Both the position numbers and the translations under genes were made by a program. A DNA stretch of 64,000 bases, taken from assembly GCF_018350175.1 (NCBI RefSeq), contig NC_058368.1, positions 157,606,001 through 157,670,000 on the forward strand, in the 5' to 3' direction. Of the stretch, positions 62,751-64,000 are shown piece by piece; the stretch's first letter is position 1; the number at the start of each line of letters is the position of its first letter. The notes under the pieces are model-generated. The model had not been told where the DNA came from and searched no databases. It saw only the letters and a list, made by a program, of their open reading frames with translations. Source of the DNA: Felis catus (taxonomy: Eukaryota).

Positions 62751-63449
62751 GCAGATGTTATTTTACCTAAGGGCAAGATCATGATAATCAGAGACTCTGT
62801 ACCTTTCCTCAGCCGTCAATCAATATACAGCTTTTATTTTTTGTCTCTACCCAGTTCTCAGGTTCCCTTCTCTTAAAACACCCACTGTCTCTCTTCAAGG
62901 AGGTAAGGACTACCCTACCCTACATTCCTAACAACAAACCCTTTCCAAATTTGCACCGCATTTTAATCTGAGTCTGTAGCTATGCTTTTCCCAGTATCAC
63001 TGCTCCCTCAGCTCCTGTCTTCTTCTCCTCAGCTCTACTCCCCCAGTTCTATTTGGTATTTCCCCAATTTCAGGGTCACTTATCTAGCACCCAATGTCAG
63101 TTCCTAGGCCCAAAGTGGTTCCCCAATTTCCATCCTTCCCATCCCTATTCCTGAATGTACTTCCCATCCACCAGTGGCACTCCCATTTCCCCCAGAATTC
63201 CTCTGTACTTCATGTATCATAGCCTTTACCTGTACCCGCCACTTTCCTGAGAACAACAACTGTGTCTGTTGTTCTCAGTCCTTGGAGACTTTGCTGGCCA
63301 ACCTTTGTCCTACCTTTCTTTGCCTGTCTCATTTCTAGTTCCTCCTCTCACTTTGGATGCTGTTATTCTCTCTTAACTATGATCCGTCCTTACTTCTGTA
63401 CCTTTCCTTTTTCCTTATTTGCTAACTTAAAAACAAAAGTAAGCCTAAA

Positions 63450-63665
63450 AAGTTGTTCCCTTTTAGAGACACATACTGAAGTATTTATTGATGCAATGAT
63501 ATGATGACTGGGATTATTTTCAAACTATTTGGAATGCAGGCAAGTGGGTGGGTATAAATGGAGAAATGACTGGTTATGAGTTGATAATTGTTGAAGGTGA
63601 AGAACACACAGGGGCTTTTTGCATCACTATTTTTGTGTATGTTTAAAAATTTTCATTAAAAACAT
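63450..63665 (+). mobile_element. L1MC/MD-type 3' end
   Basis: ttttagagacacatactgaagtattt..atgatatgatgactgggatt...gagttgataattgttgaag. Confidence 0.8.
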
Positions 63666-64000
63666 TGTAATGAGAAAAGTTTAAATGTATGTAAGTAAAT
63701 AAAATGAACTGATATAAAGAAAAGTGTTAAGTGGCACTAGTACTGATATGGCAAAAATCAGAAATGGAAAAAAACCATGAAGGTGGTATTTGAGTAGCTG
63801 AAGGGAGAAAAACACTTAAGATAATAAAGAAGGATCTCAGAATGAGTGGGGATACAGAACAATAGAGCAAGTTTGAGAAAAGAGGAAAAAAGCCTAAGCA
63901 ACTCCATTGTTTAGGTCTGACTCTCTTGGTGAAGAAGTCCATATGCTCTCTGGGGGTAAAGGGGAGCAGGTAGGACTTGAATAAAGATTTTTGAGATAGC

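Noticed and set aside
1..64000. CRISPR array, operon or defence system
   Set aside because: Mammalian repeat landscape; no regularly spaced repeat-spacer array and no gene-dense region.

Overview
Mammalian nuclear DNA, almost certainly from a felid (cat-like): it carries about 23 tRNA-derived carnivore SINEs (Can-SINE/SINEC, including young Felis-type copies) and carnivore L1 3' ends. It is AT-rich and CpG-depleted, has no CpG island, and shows no recognisable host protein-coding exon, rRNA, true tRNA or CRISPR array. It reads as a long intron or an intergenic stretch; strand biases hint at an intron of a gene on the + strand. Nearly all ORFs in the supplied track come from repeats or microsatellites. 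The most informative structures are four decayed elements whose proteins can still be read by hand. (1) A 1,223-bp TA-flanked pogo/Tigger-like transposon (6095-7317) with the transposase N- and C-termini joined and the catalytic core deleted. (2) A near full-length fossil hAT (Tip100/Zaphod-like) transposon (~27.2-33.0 kb) with nested L1 and SINE insertions. (3) A young 5'-truncated L1 (27849-29573). (4) A two-LTR ERVL-class provirus (~50.5-53.8 kb). There are also small DNA-repair scars (a 47-bp duplication 2 kb apart; a fold-back insertion), one speculative exon and several motif-rich unique segments. I found no convincing evidence of a novel biological system. Repeat subfamily names come from recall of consensus sequences, not from a search, and the boundaries of old repeats are approximate.
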